Below, piece by piece: positions 40,007-51,261 of a stretch of DNA of 64,000 bases (its first letter is position 1; each line of letters opens with the position of its first letter). The position numbers and the translations under genes were made by a program. A model generated the notes under the pieces. That model did not search any database and was not told the DNA's origin. It saw nothing but the letters and a program-made list of their open reading frames with translations. Source of the DNA: Eledone cirrhosa. Lineage: Eukaryota. Location: contig OZ024742.1 of the NCBI GenBank assembly GCA_964016885.1, positions 68,262,001 through 68,326,000 on the forward strand, in the 5' to 3' direction.

Positions 40007-42366
40007 TTAAGGGTTCGATTTGCACTTGTAGTGCGAAAACTTTTCTTTGAGTCTATGGTTACAATAAATTGATCTTTCGATTTTATTGTTGAGTAACTTA
40101 TTCTTCGAACTCAAAATGTGGAACAGCTCAAGGTCACATAATCGACAGCTTCTCATACCACTCTGATATGGGGGCGCGTTCGATAATTTTTTCCACTTAA
40201 GGGTGTATTGATGGTTACTTTCCCTCAGTTGCCAGGTCTTGTTTGCAAGGGTAGTTACATAACGATACTGGGAATGTTTCATTGCGTAACGGTGTGTATA
40301 CCAACGGGCTTTAAATGTATTCCCAGTCGCTCCGATGTAATACCATTTCTGGTTGTCTGATTCCACTGTGCATTGGTAAACCAGGTTAGACTGCATACAT
40401 TCATTATGTAATGGACAGGTTTCAGGTAGGTGGCAGTTACAATTCTTGTCATGGGCAACTTTGGCATTATTGGTGGGCTGCGATGCCTGTACAAGTGTGT
40501 TACGTTTTGTTTGCGTATTAATGGGTGGTTGTGTATTAGATATTCTGTTGTGTTCAATGGTGATTGTATTATTATTGTTGTAGATTTGTGTTCTGATGTT
40601 GTTATGTATCTTTTTAGCGTTAAGCATCTTAATGTGTGCCTCTATATTTGGTGCCGTGGAGTAAGATAGTCTAATAGATTCAGTGTTAAGGATGTTGTTG
40701 TATCTATGTGAATCTGGAAAGTGCTTATTTATTATTCTAAAGAAGGTAGAGGGTAGGTTAGTACTAATAGAGGTGTTAAATATGGGGTTATACTAAATAT
40801 ATTTTCTACTGCGTGACCTGTTTGATTTCGATGTTGTATTTCTATTTACCGTATACTTTGTAGTTCTATGTGTAAGTGCGTGTGTGCGTGTGTTTCTGGA
40901 GTTTGTGTTATGCCTGTTCGTGTGCGCTTTGCGGAGGCTTTCATCTATATATTCTACTCTATCTAAGTGGCCTGCCTTGTCTAATGCGGTATTGTAGTAT
41001 TCTGCATGTTCCTCGAAGATTTGTCGGTTAGACGAGAGGCGGGAGATCCTAAGGGATATGCTGCGTGGAATGGATTTAATTATGGATAGTGGGTGGTTTG
41101 AGTTATAGTTGATGTATGCTAAGTTTTCATTAATCTTGTGAAAAGGTCTTATAAGTCCCGTATTTAGGTTAAGCGTCGCGTCTAGAAAGTTAACTGTTTT
41201 AGTGCTATACTCATACGTTATGCTAAGGCCTCGTTTCCCGAGTCTTTCTAATATTCTTACGGAGTCTTTCTATGCTCTGGTTATTTAGGTTCTTAACTAG
41301 GAGAAGGGCGTCGTCTCTGTAGATTCCACCGTGAAGGTCGCTAAACTCACTCTGTAAACTATGGGCTATGTAAATACCTACTAAATCTGTGACTTGAGCC
41401 GAGTCATTAGCCACCATCGTGATGTCAAACTTATTTAATCTATCCTTACGTTCCCAAAAGGCGTTTTCAAATTTAATTATTGTTTTCTTAGCAGCAAATA
41501 TGATTTTTATCTCGTCGTCTGTTAGGTCAGAATTGGCTTTGGCGAATGCTAAGGCTTTATCCAATGTGTTGGGGGATATAAAGGAGTAATAGTCGTTAAT
41601 GTCAAATTGTATAAATTTAGATACTTTGTTGTTAGCTATATTGTTAAACCACTTAAATGTTTCGGTAGCGTTACGCCATAGTTTAACCACTAGTTTATTC
41701 TTCATTTGTGATATCACTCTGTCTAATATATGTTTACTAATTTTCCCGATGTCCGATTTGGACGGGCATAAGTCTAATTGTGGGGTTATAATCAAAATTT
41801 ACCTTGTGGTCCTTGAGATTAAATGTGGGGGTACATGGCCTAAGTGGCTCCGTTCTGTTGTCTATTCCTAGGTCTTTGACTATATTGTGTGCCTTGTTGT
41901 TGATGTTTATCAGTGCCGCCTCATTAGTTTTTTTGTATTTCTTATGTAATTCTTTCCGTATGAAGCTATTGTATGTATTAACATCCATCGTATACACATT
42001 TGAGGTTTTGTCTACTTTGACAATAATTCCATAGGTAGTTCGCAGCGTTTTTAGGAATGTATTTATGTCATTCTGAAGTTTATTATTCCTCCGCTTTTTG
42101 AATTTGATATTCATAATCATCTTCAGTAAGTCCTGTTCCAAAGCATCCAGTTGAGGGTTGGTAGGTGGGTTCTTACATGATTTGAAGCCGTATGTTTCGT
42201 TGTTGTATTCCACGGTGCAACCATTACGTCATTTGTCGAAATGGAAAGTTTTCCATCTAACTCGGCGTATAAAGTCGTTTGTTCGCTGTATCATCCTGAG
42301 GGTATAATCCTTTCTCAAAGGTATAAGAATGTTCTTTAGGGACATACCTATGTAATGTTTTTCCAT
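40007..42366 (-). pseudogene. PLE RT/GIY-YIG polyprotein with ~2 stops and ~2 frameshifts
   Basis: ATG at 42366; SLKNI, RRVRWK, YGFKS, DKTSNVY, LKDHK, FIQFDINDYY, FDITM, GIYRDD, SNHP, CNCHLPETCPLHNEC, YYIGAT, CRLC. Confidence 0.9.
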
Positions 42367-42723
42367 AGTAGTACCGTATGTTTAGGTGGTTGCTCGACCG
42401 ATAAGTAGCCTGTAGTTAGGGAAGCAGAAACTTGCTTATTGTAATCCAGTTCGTTGTTAAGAAAGCCAGTTTCATGGATGGTTTCAACGTACGGTTAGGG
42501 GCAACTCCACAAGTTTGTAAGAATTCCGTTCAATCTTGGAGTATAAAGTATAAAAGAGAAAACACAGGTAAGCATTAAGAGAAGGATTTTATCTCTCTCT
42601 ATACTATTCCGTTTGTCCCCTCACCTTCTAATTCCTCTTCCTCTCTCTCTATACTAGTAAATACAATTCCCAAAAAATGTTTTTCTCTATATATTAAGAA
42701 CTATTTCAAGAGTAACTTACTCA

Positions 42724-42825
42724 CTATTTTGAAAATTTGGACGTGAGCAACAATTATAATTGAGTGGGTGTTATTTGCAGTATAGCAATATAAAGTTGCA
42801 CTTACCAATGAAACGGTCGTAAATA
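42724..42825 (+). ncRNA. Hammerhead variant (U3-A8 core, long stem II) in the PLE pLTR; mirror copy at 39271-39373 (-)
   Basis: ctatt-TTGAAAA-tttggacgtgagcaac...gttgcacttaccaat-GAAAC-ggtc-GTA-aata. Confidence 0.6.
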
Positions 42826-43003
42826 CCTGGATAAAATCCTTCTCTTAATGCTTACCTGTGTTTTCTCTTTTATACTTTATACTCCAAGATTGAACGGAAT
42901 CTTACAAACTTGTGGAATTACCCCTAACCGTGCGTTTGAAACCATCCATGAAACTGGCTTTCTTAACCATGAACTGGATCACAATAAGCAATGTTCTGCT
43001 TCC

Positions 43004-43096
<93 letters not shown>

Positions 43097-43423
43097 TATG
43101 CATATGCAGATTCTACTTCTGCGGGTTCTTTCAGACACGGGTGTTATGTCCGGAGCAAATTTTATCACTGGGGTGTTATCATCAAAACAACACCCTCAAA
43201 AAACCCTCTTTCTACTTTTGTCATGCCATTGGCTGTTTTTACTCCACGTCATCACAAGTTCTGGTCATTATCTGCTGCCACACGGTTCATCAACCATTTT
43301 CCGTCCGACACATTTTTCGTTTCCTTTATAATATCTACACTCTACTCTGATGAATATCGAGTGCTAATTTTGGCATACCGCCTACAGAAGCACCATAGCT
43401 ACCACTATACACAAATATATATA

Positions 43424-43490
<67 letters not shown>

Positions 43491-43584
43491 ATATATAGGT
43501 ACGTTATTCCGGGTTGAATCGGAGGTAACCACAGTAAGTAAGGTACTCAATACATAGCAGAATATAAAAGTTTTAATATAGATG

Positions 43585-43635
43585 AGATTCTACAGGACTA
43601 GAACTGTTTCATTCTTTAGAAATCATCAGGAATCT
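43585..43635 (-). ncRNA. Type I hammerhead ribozyme
   Basis: Minus strand reads AGATTC-CTGATGA-tttctaaagaat-GAAACAG-ttctagtc-CTGT-A-GAATCT: perfect 6-bp stem I, 4-bp stem III and a GUA site. Confidence 0.85.
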
Positions 43636-44145
43636 GGGTATCAACAAATAAATATGGTATTTATAGGTCTCTTCGGCTGGTAGGAGAGGGTAGGGAGTGG
43701 GATGAGTAGAGGTCATTGGTTGATAGAAAAGGAAATTCATTAAAAGCTAATTCTTTAAAGCTATAATTTATATTTAGAGTGACAAAGGCAGAAAGAATTC
43801 TATAAACAAGTTCAGAATGGGGTGCCACTCCTTATTTTTAAGTTTCTCTTAAGCTAACAATGCCTATATTTCAGGTGTCTATAAGATCGTTGGGGGTCAG
43901 TTATGGTTGATGGATTTAAAGAAAAGGGAAATTCTTTAAAAGCTAATTTTTTAGGTTCTACTTAGAGTGACAAAGGCCTAGAGAATTCTATAGACCAGTT
44001 CAAAATATTGAGTGCCTATCACACCATTATCTTCAAGTTTCTCTTAAGCTATATTCCAAATGTCAACAGACACATTCACAAACACACACACTCACACACA
44101 CATATATACATATATATATGTATATATATACATATATACATATAT

Positions 44146-44244
<99 letters not shown>

Positions 44245-44254
44245 CAAAATTAAG

Positions 44255-44797
44255 ATAAATCAAATGAATTTAGTCTAAATCAAAATTATGGGTGTCATGC
44301 CAGAAAGACATGCGCCATATCACGCGCAAAATAAGCTCTAAGATTCTAACGAGTAGGTCCGAGCATTTTATAATAACTAGAAATTGATTAACATATAAAT
44401 AAACATGACTCGACTGCTGTTTCTAGTGTTCGATAACCCTATTCACGCCACTGGGACGAAGCTAGTATGATGTGTGTATTTCTAGTAAATATAGCACGTG
44501 TTGCTGGTCAGTCGCTTATTTGAACTTGAAGTGTAAACACGGATCGCTGGAACTTCTTCCTTGTTGAAAACCCAAGTCTCCACTTCCGTGGTTTACCATC
44601 CGATTAATTGGGGAAATATATTTCTTTAATGGAATATATACAGGGAAGATTAATCATATTATAAGGTATCTATTTTTGAAGTTCTGGTCAACTTTATTTA
44701 GTTACCTACCTAGCTATGTGTGGTTACACACTTGTAAAAATTATCTCCTGTGATTATTCATGTTTATTTATATGTTAATCAATTTCTAGTTATTATA
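44255..44797. mobile_element. Non-coding PLE-pLTR-like element with internal inverted repeat; related to 47088-48355
   Basis: 44370-44409 pairs with 44758-44797; the body aligns by eye with 47880-48220. Confidence 0.7.
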
Positions 44798-44822
44798 TAT
44801 ATATATATATACATATATATGC

Positions 44823-44863
<41 letters not shown>

Positions 44864-44898
44864 CATACACACACATACACACATATATACATACACAG

Positions 44899-44963
<65 letters not shown>

Positions 44964-45112
44964 CACATACATATACATATACACACATATACACACACAC
45001 ATACACATTTATATATACATATATATATATATATACACATACCCACATACATACACATATGTATATACACCAATATACACATATACACGTATGCATACAT
45101 ATATATATATAT

Positions 45113-45182
<70 letters not shown>

Positions 45183-45274
45183 ACAGACATACACACATAC
45201 ATACATATACACATACACATATATATACATATACATATATATATATATATACATACACACATGTATATATATAG

Positions 45275-45960
45275 CTTTTTTAGTTATTGCTCGCACCAAT
45301 TTGAGGTATATGATTTTTAATGCGATGAAATACCAATGCTGGTTGGCAAATCACTGACGAGGGACTAATTTTATCATATGTAACCTATGTGCAACCACGC
45401 AGTATTCTTCTTTCTTCTCGTGTTTTTTATACATATTTACCTCGGCTGCGTTTGTCTGTTTCTTTCTTACTGCTTCCCCGTTCTCTCTGTTTTTCTCACC
45501 TTCTTTCGCCCCCTCTGTCAGTTACACTTTCTCTCGACTGACCTCTTCCTCGCACTTCCACTCACTGACTCTCTGTTTCTCCCCTTCTCACTTCCTCCCG
45601 TTTGGCTAGTAGTGGGGTCTTTTCTTGCTCACATCTCACTCACGTCGGACGGTCTGTACCTTGATCGCTCATGAAATCCACCCAGATTATGCTGACCGGA
45701 TAACCATGTTGCTTGTTTATTTTCCTATCTTCGGTTTGCTTTTATCCTTCTATGTTGTTTACTCGTCTCACTCGCTTTACGCGATTTACCTGTCCCAATA
45801 ACTTTTTTTAGTTATTGCTCGCACCAACCTGAGGTATATGATTTTTAATGCGATGAAATATCAATGATGGTTGGCAAATCACTGAAGAGGGACTAATTTT
45901 ATCACATGTAACCCATGTGCAACCACGCAGTATTCTTCTTTCTTCTCATGTTTTTTATAT
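45275..45960 (+). mobile_element. Non-coding element with ~155-bp terminal direct repeats
   Basis: 45275-45432 is repeated at 45805-45960, and each repeat carries CTGA(C/A)GA. A third copy is inverted at 54945-55122. Confidence 0.75.
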
Positions 45961-46002
45961 ATATATATATATATACATATACATACATATATATACATAT
46001 AC

Positions 46003-46045
<43 letters not shown>

Positions 46046-46108
46046 TATACACATATATACACACATATATACACAAACATTCACATACCTACATATATAC
46101 ATAAATAC

Positions 46109-46173
<65 letters not shown>

Positions 46174-46234
46174 TATATGTATATGTATCTATATGTGTGT
46201 ATATGTATATATATATATTTATATATATATATAA

Positions 46235-46425
46235 CGATACGATCGACTTTAGTCAAATCGGACCGAGGGAACAATGTTTCCGTTGGTCTTTCCAATTGCT
46301 TGGTAGAAGGAGCAACGTGAAATAAAGTGTCTTGCTCAAGGACATAACGCATCGCCTGGTCCAGGAATCGAACTCACAACCTTACGATTGCGAATCCAAT
46401 TCTCTAACCACTCAGCCACACGCCT

Positions 46426-46428
<3 letters not shown>
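46235..46428 (-). mobile_element. tRNA-derived SINE, second family
   Basis: Reverse complement of 8662-8856, with an intact head (ggcgtgtggctgagtggttagagaattgg...gagttcgattcctgg). Confidence 0.85.
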
Positions 46429-46488
<60 letters not shown>

Positions 46489-46495
46489 GTATATG

Positions 46496-46564
<69 letters not shown>

Positions 46565-46621
46565 ATGTGTGTATATATGTATATATATGTGTATATGTGT
46601 GGATATGTGTATATGTGTATG

Positions 46622-46652
<31 letters not shown>

Positions 46653-46757
46653 GTGTATGTATGTGTATATGTATGTATATATGTGTATATATATATATGT
46701 GTGTGTATATGTATATGTATGTATATATGTATATATATATATGTGTATATATATATG

Positions 46758-46837
<80 letters not shown>

Positions 46838-47064
46838 TGTTATACTTGGGAGGGTCATGTTGCCAATAAGAAACACACGCACCAGTTGCTTTCACTTCAA
46901 TTTATTATATATTTATAAATTTATAAATTTACAAATCTACAAACTTATAAATTTCTGGTTGGTTGTGGAACCAACCAACCAACCAGAAATTTATAAGTAT
47001 AACAATATCGTTTTCAACACACGATTTCAGATAAAGAATCTTGCTAAACAAATTCAGAAACGAA

Positions 47065-47087
<23 letters not shown>

Positions 47088-47096
<9 letters not shown>

Positions 47097-48353
47097 AAAT
47101 ACATGAATAATCACAGGAGATAATTTAAGCTTGCGTGTAACCGCGCATAGCTAGTTTAGGCAATATTTACCTTTAAGAGTGATTAATATTCCTTGTATAT
47201 ATCCCATTAAAGAAATATATTTCACCAATTAATCAGATGGTAAATCACGGAAAGTGGATATTATTGGATTGTCAACAAGGAAATAGATAATTATCCAGCT
47301 ATTCGAGCTTACAGAGCGAGATCAAATCTTCAACTATCCGCTACCACAAGATAGCGCTTTCCTTTCATTGGCGTGAAAAGGTATTCGACAACTAGAAATA
47401 GCAGTCAAAATTCTTCTCAACAGAAATAGCTCTACAATTAAGGAGCCGTATATATATATCTAAGTCCAAAATATTAATTGATTAATTGATTAATTGATTA
47501 ATTGATTAATTGATTAATTGGTGAAATATATTTCTTTAATGGGATATTTCTTTAATGAAATATATTTCTTTAATGGGATATATACAAGGAAAGTTAATCA
47601 CTCTTAAAGGTAAATATTGCCTAAACTAGCTATGCGTGGTTACACGCAAGCTTAAATTATCTCCTGTGATTACTCATGTATTTTTATGTTAATCAATCTC
47701 TAGTTATTATAATATGCTCAGATGTATTTATCTTTGAGCTTAAATTCTCAGGATTTATGGCGCATGCATTATGTCATGACACTGATGATTTCGATTTAGA
47801 TTAAATTCATTTATCTTAATTTTGGACTTAGATATATATACGGCTCCTTAATTGTAGAGCTATTTCTGTTGAGAAGAATTTTGACTGCTATTTCTAGTTG
47901 TCGAATACCTTTTCGAAAACGCTATCTTGTGTGGACGCAACACGTGGTAGCGGATAGTTGAAGATTTGATCTCGCTCTGTAAGCTCGAATAGCTGGATAA
48001 TTATCTATTTCCTTGTTGACAATCCAATAATATCCACTTTCCGTGACTTACCATCTAATTAATTGGTGAAATATATTTCTTTAATGGGATATATACAAGG
48101 AAAGTTAATCACTCTTAAAGGTAAATATTGCCTAAACTAGCTATGCGCGGTTACACGCAAGCTTAAATTATCTCCTGTGATTATTCATGTATTTTTATAT
48201 GTTAATCAATCCCTAGTTATTATAATATGCTCAGATGTATTTATCTTTGAGCTTAAATTCTCAGGATTTATGGCGCATGCATTATGTCATGACACCCATG
48301 ATTTCGATTTAGATTAAATTCATTTAATTCATTTATCTTAATTTTGGACTTAG

Positions 48354-48355
<2 letters not shown>
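47088..48355. repeat. Inverted plus tandem array of a ~530-bp non-coding unit
   Basis: 47088-47472 is the reverse complement of ~47820-48200; 47515-47835 repeats 48060-48355; (ATTGATTA)n sits at the junction. Confidence 0.85.
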
Positions 48356-48389
<34 letters not shown>

Positions 48390-48465
48390 ATGTGTGTATG
48401 TGTATATGTATGTATGTGTATGTATGTATATATGTATATATTTGTGTATGTATTTATTTATTTTT

Positions 48466-48498
<33 letters not shown>

Positions 48499-48659
48499 AA
48501 TAAATAAATACATACACAGATATATACATATATACATACATACACATACATACATATACACATACACACATACACACACACATATATATATATACATATA
48601 TATACACATATATATATACACATATATATATATATATACATATATACATACATATACAT

Positions 48660-48710
<51 letters not shown>

Positions 48711-48841
48711 TATATACACATATATACATATATATACACATACATATATATATATGTGCATATATATATATATATATATATATACATACACATATACACA
48801 TATCCATACATATACACATATATATACATATATACCCACAT

Positions 48842-48898
<57 letters not shown>

Positions 48899-48917
48899 CA
48901 TATGTATACATATATAT

Positions 48918-48975
<58 letters not shown>

Positions 48976-49069
48976 TTACACACATATATATATATATATA
49001 TATATACAAATAAGTACTCATAAATATACGCATTTACACAGGCACATATAAACAGCTCTACAGGCAGAA

Positions 49070-49835
49070 AATGCAGATAGGTAAGAGGTACTCACATAAC
49101 CATAGTGGCCGTATTTCAGGTTGAGGATGTATGGATTTGGGGTGGGAAGGAGGTAGAGGGCTAAAAGGAGGAAGTCGTTTTTAGCCATCGGGCATTAACA
49201 CTGGCTATTTGAAAGTTGCAAAGCTCTTTTGCATGCAGTTCGGGCAGTGTTCAGAGAGTTTGTTTAGTAGCGGGCCCTTGGCGAATAAAATTTCATAGCT
49301 CTCTGAGATACAAAGGTCGCACCCTTGTGTCCTCCGTTGTAAGAGCGCGCTTTCTGGAGTATTTTCCATTTAAACGTGAAGGGGGTGGAGTTCCTTTTGA
49401 GGTCCCAAACATAGGAGGCGAGTGTTGTCTTGTTTGATTTGTCTGGTCTTCTGAAGGAGTGGGTATGGGCATACCAACGGGTCTTATTGGAAGTCATGCC
49501 GATGTAAGTCTTTTTGTTATTGCAATCATCGGTGCCTGAGATGACATCGCATTTGTATACGATATCATTTGTCAGGCATTTGTTTTCAAGTGGGCAGGCT
49601 TCCTTATTTAGGCAATTACACAAGGCCCCAGTCCGGGGATTGGGTTCGGAGGTGGTTGGTTTATTTAATTTTTTAGAATTGTGGTTGGCTATATTCCTAG
49701 CTAGGTTAGGTGTGGTGGAGTAGGAGAGTCTTATTGTGTTCTTATTAAAGATGGTGTAGTACCTATGTTGTATGGGGAAGTGTGTTTTCAGCAAAGTGAA
49801 GAAAATCCTAGCTATCGGTGTAGAGCTATAAGTAG
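49070..49835 (-). mobile_element. PLE 3' fragment (GIY-YIG domain)
   Basis: ORF 49264-49878 contains HRYYTIFNKNTIRLSYSTTPN, CNCLNKEACPLENKCL, YIGMT and TTLASYVWDLK. Confidence 0.88.
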
Positions 49836-50181
49836 TCTCTCTTTCAAAAAAACATTTTAAACGGAGACTACTCTTCATCCACCTAACCTTACCTCTTTGA
49901 CATTAGAGATAGAACAGATACTCTATACCATTTCCTGTCAGCATGACTTGGCAAGCTATTTAGAACACTGGTTTAACCGCTTTACTTCCCTCCGAAGAAG
50001 AGATATTATCTCGAAAATTAAGGTCATGTAAATAAATCTAAGGTAAAAGACTAATTGTCAACAATATCTTTTGCATTTGCATTTTTATTCTATGTCCATA
50101 CCTGCATTGTTTGGCTTTACAAATTCAAACGTTTATACTTCATTACACAATGCTTCAAGTGAACTATAACTTCCTCCTATA

Positions 50182-50302
<121 letters not shown>

Positions 50303-50653
50303 CGTGCGTGTGTGTGTGTTTGTGTGTATATATGTATATATATATATATAAACGGAAAAAATGAAACGAAATTTTATTTCTCACTCTTAGTACGGCTGTT
50401 ACTTAAATATAAGTATGTATACGTACATACATATATGTATACAGACGTACAGTAGTATGTATATTTATATATATATATACATACATGCACACATATATAT
50501 ATATATGTACGTATGCATTCACCGAACATTTATTATAATGCACGGTGTGTTTGTAAACAAACATCCCGAATTAAGCCGTACAGTGTCTAGCAACCATCGT
50601 TGCTCATTTGTTCAACACTGACAAAGACGTTCAACAATCTGGCAGGAAGGTAT

Positions 50654-50696
50654 ACGTTGCTGACGATAGCTAATAAGCTTGAAACTAGTACAGCGT
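50654..50696 (+). ncRNA. Minimal type I hammerhead ribozyme
   Basis: ACGTTG-CTGACGA-tagctaataagctt-GAAAC-TA-GTA-CAGCGT. Stem I is 6 bp with one G-U, stem II is agct/agct, and stem III is the palindrome ACTAGT. Confidence 0.8.
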
Positions 50697-50961
50697 TCCT
50701 TTGAAGGAAAGAATAAGCTTAAGAGAAACTTAAAAATAAGGAGTGGCACCCCCATTCTGAACTTGTTTATAGAATTCTTTCTGCCTTTGTCACTCTAAAT
50801 ATAAATTATAGCTTTAAAGAATTAGCTTTTAATGAATTATATATGTATATATATATGTATATATATGCATATATTTATATATATATATATATATACATGT
50901 ATACATGTATATGCATATATTTATATACATATATGCATATATTTATATATATGTATATATT

Positions 50962-51013
<52 letters not shown>

Positions 51014-51015
51014 TA

Positions 51016-51048
<33 letters not shown>

Positions 51049-51150
51049 GCATATATATATGCATATATATATATATATATGAATGTATATATATATATAT
51101 GTATGCATATATATATATATATATATGCATATATATATATATATATATGC

Positions 51151-51261
<111 letters not shown>

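Larger units (their letters stand above)
39221..43010 (-). mobile_element. Near-full-length Penelope-like element with direct and inverted pseudo-LTRs
   Basis: The 3' pLTR 39221-39505 is repeated directly in part at ~42546-42592 and inverted at 42592-42876. 42880-43010 also inverts 42412-42545. The element is flanked by (TA)n. Confidence 0.92.

Noticed and set aside
43340-43400. CTGATGA at ~43347 as a hammerhead
   Set aside because: There is no GAAA core (GAAGC instead) and no convincing stem I or III.
42848-43498. 216-aa ORF
   Set aside because: It reads through the inverted pLTR, a (TA)n tract and unrelated repeat DNA, so it is a chance fusion.
46350-46428. tRNA gene
   Set aside because: The tRNA-like head continues into a SINE body shared with 8662-8856; the same applies to the other SINE heads.
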